A stretch of DNA of 64,000 nt from an uncultured Erysipelotrichaceae bacterium (GCA_902791935.1 CADAXQ010000001.1:105561-169560); one strand, 5' to 3'. Counted from the first letter of the stretch, positions 1-9,339 are shown. The notes: generated by a model not told the origin, from the letters alone. Made by a program: numbers and translations.

Positions 1-143
1 AAGACCGCGTTGAGTAATAACGCCCCAGCTGGTCCAATTAAATAGCCAAGCCACTTCTCTTTTCCCGTGACGTTCCGACTTTGAATGGCACTTCGGAGCG
101 GTTTTTTACTCCAAAGGCGGCCTTTTGCTTTTTCTTCTGCCAT
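1..143 (-). CDS. N-terminal fragment (cut by the window edge) of a GPH/MFS-type sugar:cation symporter
   Basis: Minus-strand ATG at 141-143 is preceded by GGAGGT (rc of 151-156). The translation [47 protein letters not shown] looks like the N-terminus and TM1 of glycoside-pentoside-hexuronide transporters. It is absent from the ORF track because it runs off the edge. Confidence 0.5.
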   Translation of the reverse strand, partial: MAEEKAKGRLWSKKPLRSAIQSRNVTGKEKWLGYLIGPAGALLLNAV

Positions 144-167
144 CGTCGTGACCTCCTAAATCCGTTA

Positions 168-181
168 TGAAAGCGCTAACA
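168..181. promoter_or_regulatory. Candidate catabolite-responsive element (cre, CcpA operator)
   Basis: TGAAAGCGCTAACA fits every constrained position of the Firmicute cre consensus WTGNAANCGNWNNCW. It lies in the divergent region between the transporter fragment and the AraC-type regulator. Confidence 0.5.
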
Positions 182-249
182 ACTATAGAATATCGACTAT
201 TTTTCAAGCATGCTTTAATATTTGTCTCACTTTTATTAAAATTATCTCA

Positions 250-1428
250 ATGCAAGAATTAGACTTATCCGTACTTGCTCAGTCGTTGTCGCGTTTGACG
301 GGACTTCCAGTTCGGATCTTAAGAAAAGATAAAGAACCGCAGTTCTTCTCAAAGTCGCTTTTTCCTTTTGATCCCTTTATGCGGGACTATTCTGCCCAAG
401 CGCGGATGGATCAGGCCGAAGGCTATCTTTCGACGTATTCGGAACCTTCTTATTTCTTTTATGTCGGAATTAAAGTAAAAGGACAGCTTTTAGTCATTGG
501 GCCCGACCGGCTTTCCTTGCCGAGCGATGGGGACCGCCTGACGTTTGCTTTATCCGTATCAAAGAGTGAAAAAGAAACGAAGGACCTATTGCTCGCGTTA
601 AAGACGTTACCATCGATGCCTGTCGATGTCTTAATCGAAAGTTTATCGTTAATCGCCTATACCGTTACGGGTAGCAAACCTTCAGCAGAACTGGAACTAT
701 CCGCCTTAACGCCACCGGAACCCGCGGCTTCTGCTTCAGAAGGCAAAACGCCAGCCCAAGAAGAGACCATGTTCATTGAAAGACGCATCCACGACTTCAT
801 TCGTGGTGGCAACGAATCCGGGTTAAAAGAATTTATGAGCCATATTCCCTTCGTTCAGGGCGGCACTTTAGCCCCTAGCTTATCAAGACAAGCGAAGAAT
901 ATGTTCGTGGTGACCGCTACTTTAGCGTCCCGAGCGGCCATTGAAGGTGGGTTAGATATCGGCCAAGCCTTATCCTTAAGCGATACCTACATCAGCCAAT
1001 CCGAAGCGATGCTAAGTCAAAAAGACATCTTATCGTTGCAATATCAAATGTTATTAGACTATGCCCGTCGCGTTGCTTTATTGCATTCGGAAGGTAAGAT
1101 GACAAAGCTTGTCCAAGACGTGGAGAATCTCTTATTGATACATCTAGAAGACCCGTTAAGCATTGAAGAAATGGCCGAATCTCTTGCCTTATCGCGGGCA
1201 ACATTAGAACGACGGTTCCGACAAGAATCGGGTACCACGATCGAAAAAGAACGGACCAGGATTCGTCTTTCGGAAACCAAGCGATTATTACGAGAGACCA
1301 ATCAAGATTTAGAAACCATCCGCCGTCAACTCGGTTATGGTTCGTTAACCGCGTTTTCTTTGCGGTTTAAAAAAGAGACGGGGATATCGCCTTCGTCATA
1401 TCGAAAACAAAATCTCCGTCTTCTGTGA
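250..1428 (+). CDS. AraC/XylS-family transcriptional regulator
   Basis: 392-aa ORF. The C-terminal ~100 aa (LSIEEMAESLALSRATLERRFRQESG...LGYGSLTAFSLRFKKETGISPSSYR) is a typical double-HTH AraC domain. It is divergent from a sugar transporter. Confidence 0.85.
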   Translation: MQELDLSVLAQSLSRLTGLPVRILRKDKEPQFFSKSLFPFDPFMRDYSAQARMDQAEGYLSTYSEPSYFFYVGIKVKGQLLVIGPDRLSLPSDGDRLTFALSVSKSEKETKDLLLALKTLPSMPVDVLIESLSLIAYTVTGSKPSAELELSALTPPEPAASASEGKTPAQEETMFIERRIHDFIRGGNESGLKEFMSHIPFVQGGTLAPSLSRQAKNMFVVTATLASRAAIEGGLDIGQALSLSDTYISQSEAMLSQKDILSLQYQMLLDYARRVALLHSEGKMTKLVQDVENLLLIHLEDPLSIEEMAESLALSRATLERRFRQESGTTIEKERTRIRLSETKRLLRETNQDLETIRRQLGYGSLTAFSLRFKKETGISPSSYRKQNLRLL

Positions 1429-1451
1429 GAAAGGAAATAAAACAGGCTTGC

Positions 1452-2168
1452 TTACAGGTGTTGCCAGTCAAGGCTGATACGAAACTCGTAAGCGCCGTTT
1501 TCTTTCGGGTCGATATGGATATCAAAGACTGGGTCGATCTTTTTTAGTTCATGGTCCACTTTCGCTTCGACCCATAACGTCTTTTGCCGCCAAGCGTCCC
1601 AATCCCCATCCACAATGTAGGCTTCTAATTTTGTTTTAAAGGCCTCGTCTTGCAAGAAAAGGTCCCAAGAGCCGGCAGTGCGGTAGAACGCAACGCCTTG
1701 GCGGTAACCATTGCAGGTAATCGTTTCGGCATCTTTAAAGGTTTGCCGGACGAACGGTAAGAACTCATTTTCTGCAATCACAACTTTGGCGTTGTATTGT
1801 TTGGCCAACAAATAGCGAGAAAATTCGTCTAATGAAGCAAAAGGCTTTTCAATGGGGATAATCTCAGGGTCTGATGGCTTTCCTGATTCGTCGTAGCATT
1901 CGCGATACAGTGTTTTATGCGCCGTGCTGTAATCATACGACCCAGCATGATAGACGCCGTTCTGCGTGCTGCTATAAAGCATATTGCCTAATACTTCTTC
2001 ATTGTTTTTACGCCAAAAATAAAAACGATTTTCGGTCGCATCCGGCATATGAATAATGTAATTTCTTGCCTGCTCATCCGTTGGTTTAGAAAACGTGAGG
2101 CAGGAGGAAAGCATTAAGGAAAGAAGAATAGCATTTGACAACAACTTAGCAAGTCGTATTCTATTCAT
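1452..2168 (-). CDS. Hypothetical lipoprotein
   Basis: 238-aa ORF. The N-terminus MNRIRLAKLLSNAILLSLMLSSC has a basic n-region, a hydrophobic core and an LSSC lipobox. No recognisable domain. Confidence 0.7.
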   Translation of the reverse strand: MNRIRLAKLLSNAILLSLMLSSCLTFSKPTDEQARNYIIHMPDATENRFYFWRKNNEEVLGNMLYSSTQNGVYHAGSYDYSTAHKTLYRECYDESGKPSDPEIIPIEKPFASLDEFSRYLLAKQYNAKVVIAENEFLPFVRQTFKDAETITCNGYRQGVAFYRTAGSWDLFLQDEAFKTKLEAYIVDGDWDAWRQKTLWVEAKVDHELKKIDPVFDIHIDPKENGAYEFRISLDWQHL

Positions 2169-2183
2169 AATTTTACCCCCACT

Positions 2184-3329
2184 CTATTTAGTTAAAACAT
2201 AACTGTAAAGAACATACTGTTCGTCAACAAGATAGAAACATTGTAAATATTTATACCACCACGACCATGGCACATCATCTTTACTGTTGTAATTACGTTT
2301 CCAACTGACGATGATTCGCCAATAGGTATTGAAAAACCAAAAGGCCTTGGATTTTGCTCTTCCAACAGTCATTGCATAATGAGCAGTCCCAGCAACATTG
2401 ACGTTTGAATAGAGGCCAATAAACGGATCCGTGAAGTTCAAACCGCTTTGCGACAGTTTAATACGATAAGGGCTATCTGATATCCAATCATTCATTCCCG
2501 TCACAAAATCAGACGGCAACGTCCCTTCGTGCGCAATGTTTTGCTGCCATTTCTGTAAACCTTCCAACTTTTCGCGCAATTTTGTAACGGTTAAACCTTT
2601 TGTCAAATCACATTTGCCAGAAAGTTTGTAAGTAAAAAGCAAATCAACGCTGGCGCAGGTAGCGCAATCGGTTTTTTGACCCTGCTCAATACAAATTGGC
2701 ATATATTCATTCCAATGTGAACTATCAATGTCAGAAGACTCAGACAATAAAGGAATCTGCACAGCGGAGTCGATGACAGTAAAATTATTGTCACGATACG
2801 TATTAACATAGTCCCTTTGAAAATTTTTCGCCTCGCCATCGGAATCTTTATGATCTTTGCTTTGCGCGATATTAGGGAACGGATAATAAATGTTGTCATC
2901 AAAATGGCCGTTGGCAATAACTGCGTTTTCGTCAATCAAATTTCCACGATCGTCATAAAAAGAGTCGCCTATCCATACTCCGATTCGTCCTTTTGCGTAC
3001 GACATTGCGTTAAGATATGAATAAGGCTTTCCTTCTGAATTAATGCAAAGAAGCTTGTATTCGGAATCGTATCCTAAATATCCCTGCCGAAAAACAACTA
3101 AATAAGCGTTCTCATTTCGTTCTTCATCCATCAAAGCGTCAACACGGACAACTGCTTCAGGGTTCCACCGAGATCCGTAAGATTGATAAAAATGGTCGGA
3201 TAAATCTTTGATGTGTTGTGAAAAGAACTGTTGAATTTGGCTCTCCTCAACAGTTTTGTGGTCGCGGTAATCGGCGTTGCCAGATTGGATACTAAGCAAG
3301 GCAACAGCGCATAAATTAAGCCCTACCAT
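2184..3329 (-). CDS. Hypothetical secreted protein (possible papain-fold cysteine peptidase; weak)
   Basis: 381-aa ORF with a short hydrophobic N-terminus (MVGLNLCAVALLSIQS). It contains QGQKTDCATCAS and a later GTAHYAMTVG. These resemble the Gln/Cys ... His arrangement of C10/C39/C47-type peptidases, judged by eye only. Confidence 0.6.
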   Translation of the reverse strand: MVGLNLCAVALLSIQSGNADYRDHKTVEESQIQQFFSQHIKDLSDHFYQSYGSRWNPEAVVRVDALMDEERNENAYLVVFRQGYLGYDSEYKLLCINSEGKPYSYLNAMSYAKGRIGVWIGDSFYDDRGNLIDENAVIANGHFDDNIYYPFPNIAQSKDHKDSDGEAKNFQRDYVNTYRDNNFTVIDSAVQIPLLSESSDIDSSHWNEYMPICIEQGQKTDCATCASVDLLFTYKLSGKCDLTKGLTVTKLREKLEGLQKWQQNIAHEGTLPSDFVTGMNDWISDSPYRIKLSQSGLNFTDPFIGLYSNVNVAGTAHYAMTVGRAKSKAFWFFNTYWRIIVSWKRNYNSKDDVPWSWWYKYLQCFYLVDEQYVLYSYVLTK

Positions 3330-3472
3330 TTCGGTTTTCTCCTTTTGCTTATGCTTGTCTAAATACCATTATTACACTCTATATCAGATAGTGCAACAAT
3401 GAAGATAAAAACGAGAACAAGTACAATCTTCCACGTTTTGACGCGCTACACCAAATTTAAAGGCAACGATTA

Positions 3473-4678
3473 TCAATTCTTTGCGTCACTTCCGTCCAGC
3501 CATTCACCGATATCCACAATCCGAATGCCTTCATATTGGCTTTCGGGGTGCTTTGTTCTAGCAATTAACATCTTGGGATAAGCATCGCGAATCTTTAATA
3601 AAGGATCAACTTCGCGATGAAATGTATCTTCTCGCGAAATATCATCGCTGACTTGGATGTAATACTTATAGCCGTCTTTCATCGCGACAAAATCGACTTC
3701 TTTTTCAAAAAGAACACCGACATAAACTTCATACCCTCGGCGTAAAAGCTCGATTGCTACCAGGTTTTCGTAGAGCCTTCCATAGTCCATATTCTTCGTA
3801 CCAAGATTGGCAAAACGGAACGATAGGTCAGCCAAATAATACTTTTTATCTGACTCTAAGAATCTCCCACCTTTGATGTCATATCTTGTGAATGGATAAA
3901 AAAGGAAAGACCGGCATAGATAATCAACATAGGTACCAACTGTTTTATCGTTTGTTTGATAGGTATTCGACGTTAATCGGCTTGCGATTCTTCGAATCGA
4001 GGTTTTGCTTCCTATGTTGTCCATCAAAAAGTCCGCGATCATGATGAGTAACGGCTCATTATCAATTTTGAATCTTTGCACGATGTCTCTGGCGATGGTT
4101 TTCTTATAAATCCCATCAACATATTGATAGGCGTCTTGTTGGGTGCGATATAAATAAGAACCCGCCATTCCGCCTTTGATCACATAGTCATCAAAAGATG
4201 CAATAGGGTCTTTATTGCCATAATAAATATTGAATTCGCGGAATGAAAACGGATACATCCTTAAGTCAAAATAACGGCCCCCGAATAATGTGGCTAAATC
4301 ACTGGATAACATGAACGCATTCGATCCTGAGAGATAGATATCGAATTTTTCCTCTTCATACAAACTATTGATGACACTTTCAAATCCGCGACATTCTTGC
4401 ACTTCGTCGATAATCAAATAATTGGGAACGACTGCTTGATAAGACCGTTCGATGAAACGATAGAGTTCATTCGAATCCAAAAGTTTCTCGTTCTCTTTGA
4501 GATTTAATTTGATACGAATGACGTTCTTCTTTTGCGTATCGGCCATCAAATAATCATAAAAAGCATCCAGCAATTTTGACTTGCCGCTTCTCCGCACGCC
4601 CGTCACGATTTTGATGTCCGGGATATCTTTCACACGAATTAGACTATCTAAATAATAAGGACGTTTGATCAGTTTCAT
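3473..4678 (-). CDS. AAA-family ATPase with C-terminal DUF4143 / restriction-endonuclease-like domain (COG1373-type)
   Basis: 401-aa ORF with Walker A GVRRSGKS, Walker B-like LIIDEVQ, and a C-terminal EVDFV...YYIQV motif resembling PD-(D/E)xK. Confidence 0.85.
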   Translation of the reverse strand: MKLIKRPYYLDSLIRVKDIPDIKIVTGVRRSGKSKLLDAFYDYLMADTQKKNVIRIKLNLKENEKLLDSNELYRFIERSYQAVVPNYLIIDEVQECRGFESVINSLYEEEKFDIYLSGSNAFMLSSDLATLFGGRYFDLRMYPFSFREFNIYYGNKDPIASFDDYVIKGGMAGSYLYRTQQDAYQYVDGIYKKTIARDIVQRFKIDNEPLLIMIADFLMDNIGSKTSIRRIASRLTSNTYQTNDKTVGTYVDYLCRSFLFYPFTRYDIKGGRFLESDKKYYLADLSFRFANLGTKNMDYGRLYENLVAIELLRRGYEVYVGVLFEKEVDFVAMKDGYKYYIQVSDDISREDTFHREVDPLLKIRDAYPKMLIARTKHPESQYEGIRIVDIGEWLDGSDAKN

Positions 4679-4843
4679 TTCCGTTACCTCAACTTATTAT
4701 ATTACGTTTCGCAATTTTAATCATTTTTTAAATTTGCGAAATGAACTTTTTTTATTTATATTTTTACAAAATGCATAAAACATAAACGATAAATGAATTT
4801 TTAATTAATAAGTAATAATATTTTTTAAATGTCACAAAATTGG

Positions 4844-4995
4844 TTACGGGCAGAATGCTTTCTTTTAATTTGGTTACGAAAAGTGTGCTAAATCGTTATA
4901 CAACGAGTAAACAAAAATGTGATTTCTTACGAAAAATGTGATTTTCTATATACAGTCTCTACACAAAAATGTGTTTTTTTTACGAAAAATGTGAT
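4844..4995. repeat. Cluster of about 6 degenerate direct repeats, core TTACGAAAA(A/G)TGTG(A/C)T
   Basis: Copies begin near 4844, 4874, 4909, 4927, 4959 and 4979. Two are identical (TTACGAAAAATGTGAT at 4927 and 4979). They lie in the AT-rich 340-bp spacer upstream of the ATPase gene. Confidence 0.6.
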
Positions 4996-5022
4996 ATTCA
5001 ACGTTTTTGAATGTTCGAGAAC

Positions 5023-5051
5023 AAAAAAAGACGAACCCCATTGGATTCGTC
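5023..5051 (-). terminator. Rho-independent terminator downstream of tRNA-Arg
   Basis: On the minus strand, GACGAA-N10-TTCGTC is followed by TTTTTTT. Confidence 0.6.
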
Positions 5052-5062
5052 ACTCTTTTTGC

Positions 5063-5139
5063 TGGCGCGCCCGAGGCGATTCGAACGCCTGACCCACAGC
5101 TTAGAAGGCTGTTGCTCTATCCAGCTGAGCTACGGGCGC
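5063..5139 (-). tRNA. tRNA-Arg (anticodon UCU), CCA encoded
   Basis: The reverse complement is GCGCCCGTAGCTCAGCTGGATAGAGCAACAGCCTTCTAAGCTGTGGGTCAGGCGTTCGAATCGCCTCGGGCGCGCCA. It folds as a cloverleaf with acceptor GCGCCCG/CGGGCGC, D stem GCTC/GAGC, anticodon stem ACAGC/GCTGT with loop CTTCTAA, and T stem AGGCG/CGCCT with TTCGAAT. Confidence 0.92.
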
Positions 5140-5179
5140 AGCGGATTTACTATAAACCACTTCCCCTTGAGGAACAAGT

Positions 5180-6946
5180 TTAGAGTGTATCGATTTTCTG
5201 TTTTAATGCTTCGGCAGAGGCAGCTGGCAAGATTTGTTTTAGCTCTTCTAACGACGCATTCTTTAACGCATCCAAGGTTGGATAGTTCTTCCGTAATAGC
5301 TCTTTCCGTTTCTCGCCAATGCCAGGAACGCCGTCAAAAATCGAGGCATGCATCGATTTAATCCGTTCGGAACGATGGAAGGAAATCGCAAAACGATGCA
5401 CTTCATCCTGCATTCGCATCAAATAAAAGAACAACGGGGATTGTCGGTCTAACGGATAGGTTTTCTCATCTTTATCGATGATGCCTTCCGTTTCGTGACG
5501 GTCGTTCTTATATAAGCCAAACACAGGGATATTCACGCCGACTGCCGCTAACGCCTCTAACGTGGCATGCACTTGGGGTAATCCCCCATCGGTTAAGATT
5601 AAATCCGGATAAGATAAGTTTTCTTCTTTTAAGCGCCGATAACGCCTGGTGACGACTTCGACCATCGAATGATAATCATCCCCGGCATTTTTGGGATCCA
5701 AATGGAATTTCCGGTACATGCCTTTCACCGGCTCTCCGTTGATATAGCAAACCATGGCCCCGACGGGGTTAGAACCTTGTAAATGAGAGTTATCAAATAA
5801 CTCAATCCGATAAGGTGTATCGATGCCGAGCAACTTTCCAAGCGATTCTAAAATGGCTTCATTGTCATCGGTCAACCTTGCCGATTGGAAGTGATTGTCT
5901 AATCCTTGTCTGGCATTTAAGGCTGCCATATCGATTTGGGACAATAACCGACCTTCTTTCGGGGAAAATACCTTCGCGGAAGGATAGACCGACGTAAATT
6001 CTTCGGCCATGCCTTCGATGTTACAAAGGATTTCAGAAGGTAAATCGTTATTTTGATAATATTCTTCAATGAGTTCCGTAGCTTGGGAAGCACCGCCTTC
6101 AAACGAAGGCACCACCCGAACTTTTTTGCCGAGCAATAAACCATTCCGGAACGTTAAAATGCTTAACGCAAGGTAACCATCGCGTTCCGCATAGGCAAAC
6201 ACATCACGGTTCGTGCGGTCGCTTTGTAATTCTACCGCCTGCTTGGCCGTCACCCGTTTAATCGCATCGATCGTTTCTTTATAGGACTCGGCATCTTCAT
6301 AACGCATCGCTTCGGAGGCTTGTTCCATCTTTTCGGCGTATTCCTTGATGACGGGGGCCGTATTGCCATCTAGGAACGCCTTGATCTTGTTATATAAATC
6401 TTGATAGGTTTCAGGTGAGATTTCGTTGACGCAAGGCGCAAGGCATTGCCCGAGGTGGGCATATAAACATGGTTTCTTCCCTAACGTTTTGCATTTTCTA
6501 GTCGGGTAAATGCGGTTCAATAAATCAATGATGGTAAACGCATCCCTAGAATTCGGGAATGGCCCGAAATAGAAATAATGTTTGTCATCTGCCCGCCTGG
6601 CAATCTTTAAGAAAGCATCGGATTTTCGAATCGCGATATAAGGATAATGCGAGTCGTCCATCAACATGATGTTGTAACGGGGATGTAACGACTGGATCAG
6701 GTTCATTTCAAGAATGAACGCTTCTTGATCGGTATGGACTTGGATAAAGTCAAAATGGTCGACGTGGTTGACCATCGCGAGCACTTTGCCCGTTTGGGGG
6801 CGCAAAAAATACTGCGACACGCGTCGTTTGAGGTTCTTGGCCTTGCCCACATAGATAATCCGGTCATTGACGTCTTTCATTTGATAGACGCCTGGCCGGT
6901 CTGGCAGCAAGGCGATTTGGCGTTTTAACGATTCGGTTAACACCAT
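5180..6946 (-). CDS. uvrC: Excinuclease ABC subunit C
   Basis: 588-aa ORF with an N-terminal GIY-YIG (PGVYQMKD...IIYVGKAKNLKRRVSQYF), a UVR domain and a C-terminal HhH. Confidence 0.95.
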   Translation of the reverse strand: MVLTESLKRQIALLPDRPGVYQMKDVNDRIIYVGKAKNLKRRVSQYFLRPQTGKVLAMVNHVDHFDFIQVHTDQEAFILEMNLIQSLHPRYNIMLMDDSHYPYIAIRKSDAFLKIARRADDKHYFYFGPFPNSRDAFTIIDLLNRIYPTRKCKTLGKKPCLYAHLGQCLAPCVNEISPETYQDLYNKIKAFLDGNTAPVIKEYAEKMEQASEAMRYEDAESYKETIDAIKRVTAKQAVELQSDRTNRDVFAYAERDGYLALSILTFRNGLLLGKKVRVVPSFEGGASQATELIEEYYQNNDLPSEILCNIEGMAEEFTSVYPSAKVFSPKEGRLLSQIDMAALNARQGLDNHFQSARLTDDNEAILESLGKLLGIDTPYRIELFDNSHLQGSNPVGAMVCYINGEPVKGMYRKFHLDPKNAGDDYHSMVEVVTRRYRRLKEENLSYPDLILTDGGLPQVHATLEALAAVGVNIPVFGLYKNDRHETEGIIDKDEKTYPLDRQSPLFFYLMRMQDEVHRFAISFHRSERIKSMHASIFDGVPGIGEKRKELLRKNYPTLDALKNASLEELKQILPAASAEALKQKIDTL

Positions 6947-6948
6947 AA

Positions 6949-9267
6949 CTACTTCAAATAAACGATGGTGGCGCCTCCGCCGCCTTCGTTCCCATTCGCC
7001 CCCTCGTAATGATCGACGAATTCTTTGTGGGCATCGAGATAATCACGGACGACTTTTCGTAATACCCCACTGCCCCAACCATGGATGATCCGAACGCGTT
7101 TAAAGTGGCGAATCCGGCAATCATCAAGGTATTTTTCTAAGTCTAACTTCGCTTCTTCCGCCCGTTCTCCGATCAAATTGAGTTCTAAAGGAACGGACTT
7201 CACGAAAGCCAAGTCATCTAACGATACGGTGGAAGAAACCGTCTTCGTCTTTTGTTTTGGCTCTTCGACCCGGATGGCTTTTTCTACTCTTGTTTTAAAG
7301 ACAATGCCTTCGGGAGACGTCACTTCAATGCGGTTCCCATCTTTCTTCGTGATTCGGCCTGTCGTATATAACGAAGGCAAATTCACATAATCGCCGACCG
7401 ATAAGTCTTCGTGATGGTCTTCTTCCGCAGGTTTGTCGGGTTCTAAGTTTTCTAGTTTCTTCTTGGCTTGGATGACTTCATGTAACTTGGCGTTACCCCC
7501 TTCGACCGAATGAAGGATGTCTTCCATCTGGGATTCATAATCGGCCAACATCCGTTTCTTTTTCGTCTCGACGTCAGATAAGAAATGTTCTTCGCGTAGC
7601 GCAAGGGCGGCTTGTTTGGAATCGAGACTCGCTTGTTGCTTGGCCAAGGCGATTTTTTCTTTTTCTAAGCTTGCTTTCAAATCTTCCGTTTCTTTCGTGA
7701 CGGCGGAAAGTTTCGCGATTGTTTCGGCCACAGATTGATCCTCGCCTTGTTCTAAAATGGATTTGGCATCTTGTAACACATCCTCGGGCACCCCGAAACG
7801 TTTCGCGACGACTAAGCCATACGATTCGCCAGGCAATCCCATTTTGAGACGATAAGTGGGCAACAAGTTCTTTTCATCAAACATCATCGAAGCGTTCGTG
7901 ACTTCGGGGTGAGACATCGCGTAGGCTTTTAAGCCCTCAAAGTGAGAAGAAATCATCGATAAGGCATGTTTCCGGAGTAAGGCGCGGACAACGGCTAACG
8001 CAATCGCTTCCCCTTCTTTCGGAGACGTTCCTGTCCCGACTTCATCGAGTAACACCAAGTCTTTGCCTTTCACGACCTCTAAAATCTCCGCCACGTTCTT
8101 CATATGTCCAGAGAATGTCGAAAGATTATCGGAGATAGACTGGGAATCCCCGATATCCACGAAGATATGGGGGAAATACGATAAAGAAGAACCCTGCTCT
8201 GCGGGGATTGGTAATCCTGCTTGGTTCATCAAAACCAGTAAACCCAATGTTTTTAGCGCGACGGTTTTACCCCCGGCATTCGGGCCAGAAATCACCACCA
8301 ACGAAGTTTTTTCATCTAAATGAAAATCGTTCGCGACGACTTTTTTTGGATCAAGCAACGGATGTCTTGCCCCATATAAGTCAATTAACGGTTTTTCGGA
8401 AGGAACGGCCAAATGGCCATGAATGAGTTCCGCATAACGGGCTTTTGCCATCCATAAGTCGAGCTGGGCAATTTTGCCATTCGTTTCGAGCAAAGCATCG
8501 CCACTGCCCGCCACTTCTTGGGATAACACCAGTAACAACCGATGAATTTCTTCGCGTTCATCGTTGGCCAACTCTGCTAACTTGTTATTCATCTCCACGA
8601 GTAATTCCGGTTCGATGAACGTTGTTTCGCCGGTGTTCGAAATATCTTGCACGATGCCTTTGACCTTGTTCTTGTAGGCATTTTTGACGGGCAAAACATA
8701 ATGACCGTTCTTTAAGGTCATATTCGTATCGGAAAGATAGAGCTTGTTGCTTTCTAAGACGAACCCTAGCTTTTTCTTCATGGTGGATTCTAACCGGCGG
8801 ATGGCAATCCGAATGGATTTCAGCTTCGGCGAGGCATCGTCATAAATCGATAAATCGGGGGCGATGATATGATGGATATCTTTCTCTAAGAATGCCAAAC
8901 GCGGGAGCGTTGAGACATAGTCTAGCAATTCGTCTTCTTCCGTGACGTTAGAAAAGAAGGCACGAATCCCTTCGGCATTCGTGACATCCAAAGCGATGCG
9001 TTCAAAATCTTCGGGAGACAAGACCCCACCTTTTTTCGCGGCGGAAACAAGCGGTGTTAAATCGGAGGATACGTCGATTGGAATCGCCCCATGACGGGCC
9101 ACTAAATCGATGGTCTCTTCGACGTAATTCCGTTCGCGGGCTAAACTTTTGGGATCGGGGAACATCATGAGTTCCTCGGCCATCCTTGCCCCTCGTTCTG
9201 TCTTGGTTTTGCTTTTTAACGTTTCCCGAATGCGGGCAAATTCAAATTTCTCGTAGGCATCTTGCAT
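6949..9267 (-). CDS. mutS2: Endonuclease MutS2 (MutS domain V plus C-terminal Smr)
   Basis: Walker A GPNAGGKT and a C-terminal Smr domain (LNLIGERAEEA...IIHGWGSGVLR). I trimmed the start to MQDAYEKFEF at 9267. The track ORF extends 52 codons further and would overlap the rnhC promoter and start. Confidence 0.93.
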   Translation of the reverse strand: MQDAYEKFEFARIRETLKSKTKTERGARMAEELMMFPDPKSLARERNYVEETIDLVARHGAIPIDVSSDLTPLVSAAKKGGVLSPEDFERIALDVTNAEGIRAFFSNVTEEDELLDYVSTLPRLAFLEKDIHHIIAPDLSIYDDASPKLKSIRIAIRRLESTMKKKLGFVLESNKLYLSDTNMTLKNGHYVLPVKNAYKNKVKGIVQDISNTGETTFIEPELLVEMNNKLAELANDEREEIHRLLLVLSQEVAGSGDALLETNGKIAQLDLWMAKARYAELIHGHLAVPSEKPLIDLYGARHPLLDPKKVVANDFHLDEKTSLVVISGPNAGGKTVALKTLGLLVLMNQAGLPIPAEQGSSLSYFPHIFVDIGDSQSISDNLSTFSGHMKNVAEILEVVKGKDLVLLDEVGTGTSPKEGEAIALAVVRALLRKHALSMISSHFEGLKAYAMSHPEVTNASMMFDEKNLLPTYRLKMGLPGESYGLVVAKRFGVPEDVLQDAKSILEQGEDQSVAETIAKLSAVTKETEDLKASLEKEKIALAKQQASLDSKQAALALREEHFLSDVETKKKRMLADYESQMEDILHSVEGGNAKLHEVIQAKKKLENLEPDKPAEEDHHEDLSVGDYVNLPSLYTTGRITKKDGNRIEVTSPEGIVFKTRVEKAIRVEEPKQKTKTVSSTVSLDDLAFVKSVPLELNLIGERAEEAKLDLEKYLDDCRIRHFKRVRIIHGWGSGVLRKVVRDYLDAHKEFVDHYEGANGNEGGGGATIVYLK

Positions 9268-9339
9268 AACGTCGATATTATAGCATTCCTTCTTTCGTCT
9301 CCGTGTGAGAACGCCTAGGAACATGCTAAAATCTAAACC

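Noticed and set aside
4679-5022. AT-rich repeat region as a replication origin (oriC) or plasmid-type iteron origin
   Set aside because: There are no DnaA boxes (TTATCCACA / TGTGGATAA), and no dnaA, dnaN or rep gene is adjacent. The repeats differ from DnaA-box consensus. It is retained only as an unexplained repeat array.
5011-5361. 116-aa plus-strand ORF
   Set aside because: It overlaps tRNA-Arg in antisense and the 3' end of uvrC. Its composition is low-complexity Arg/Ser/Leu and it has no SD, so it is spurious.
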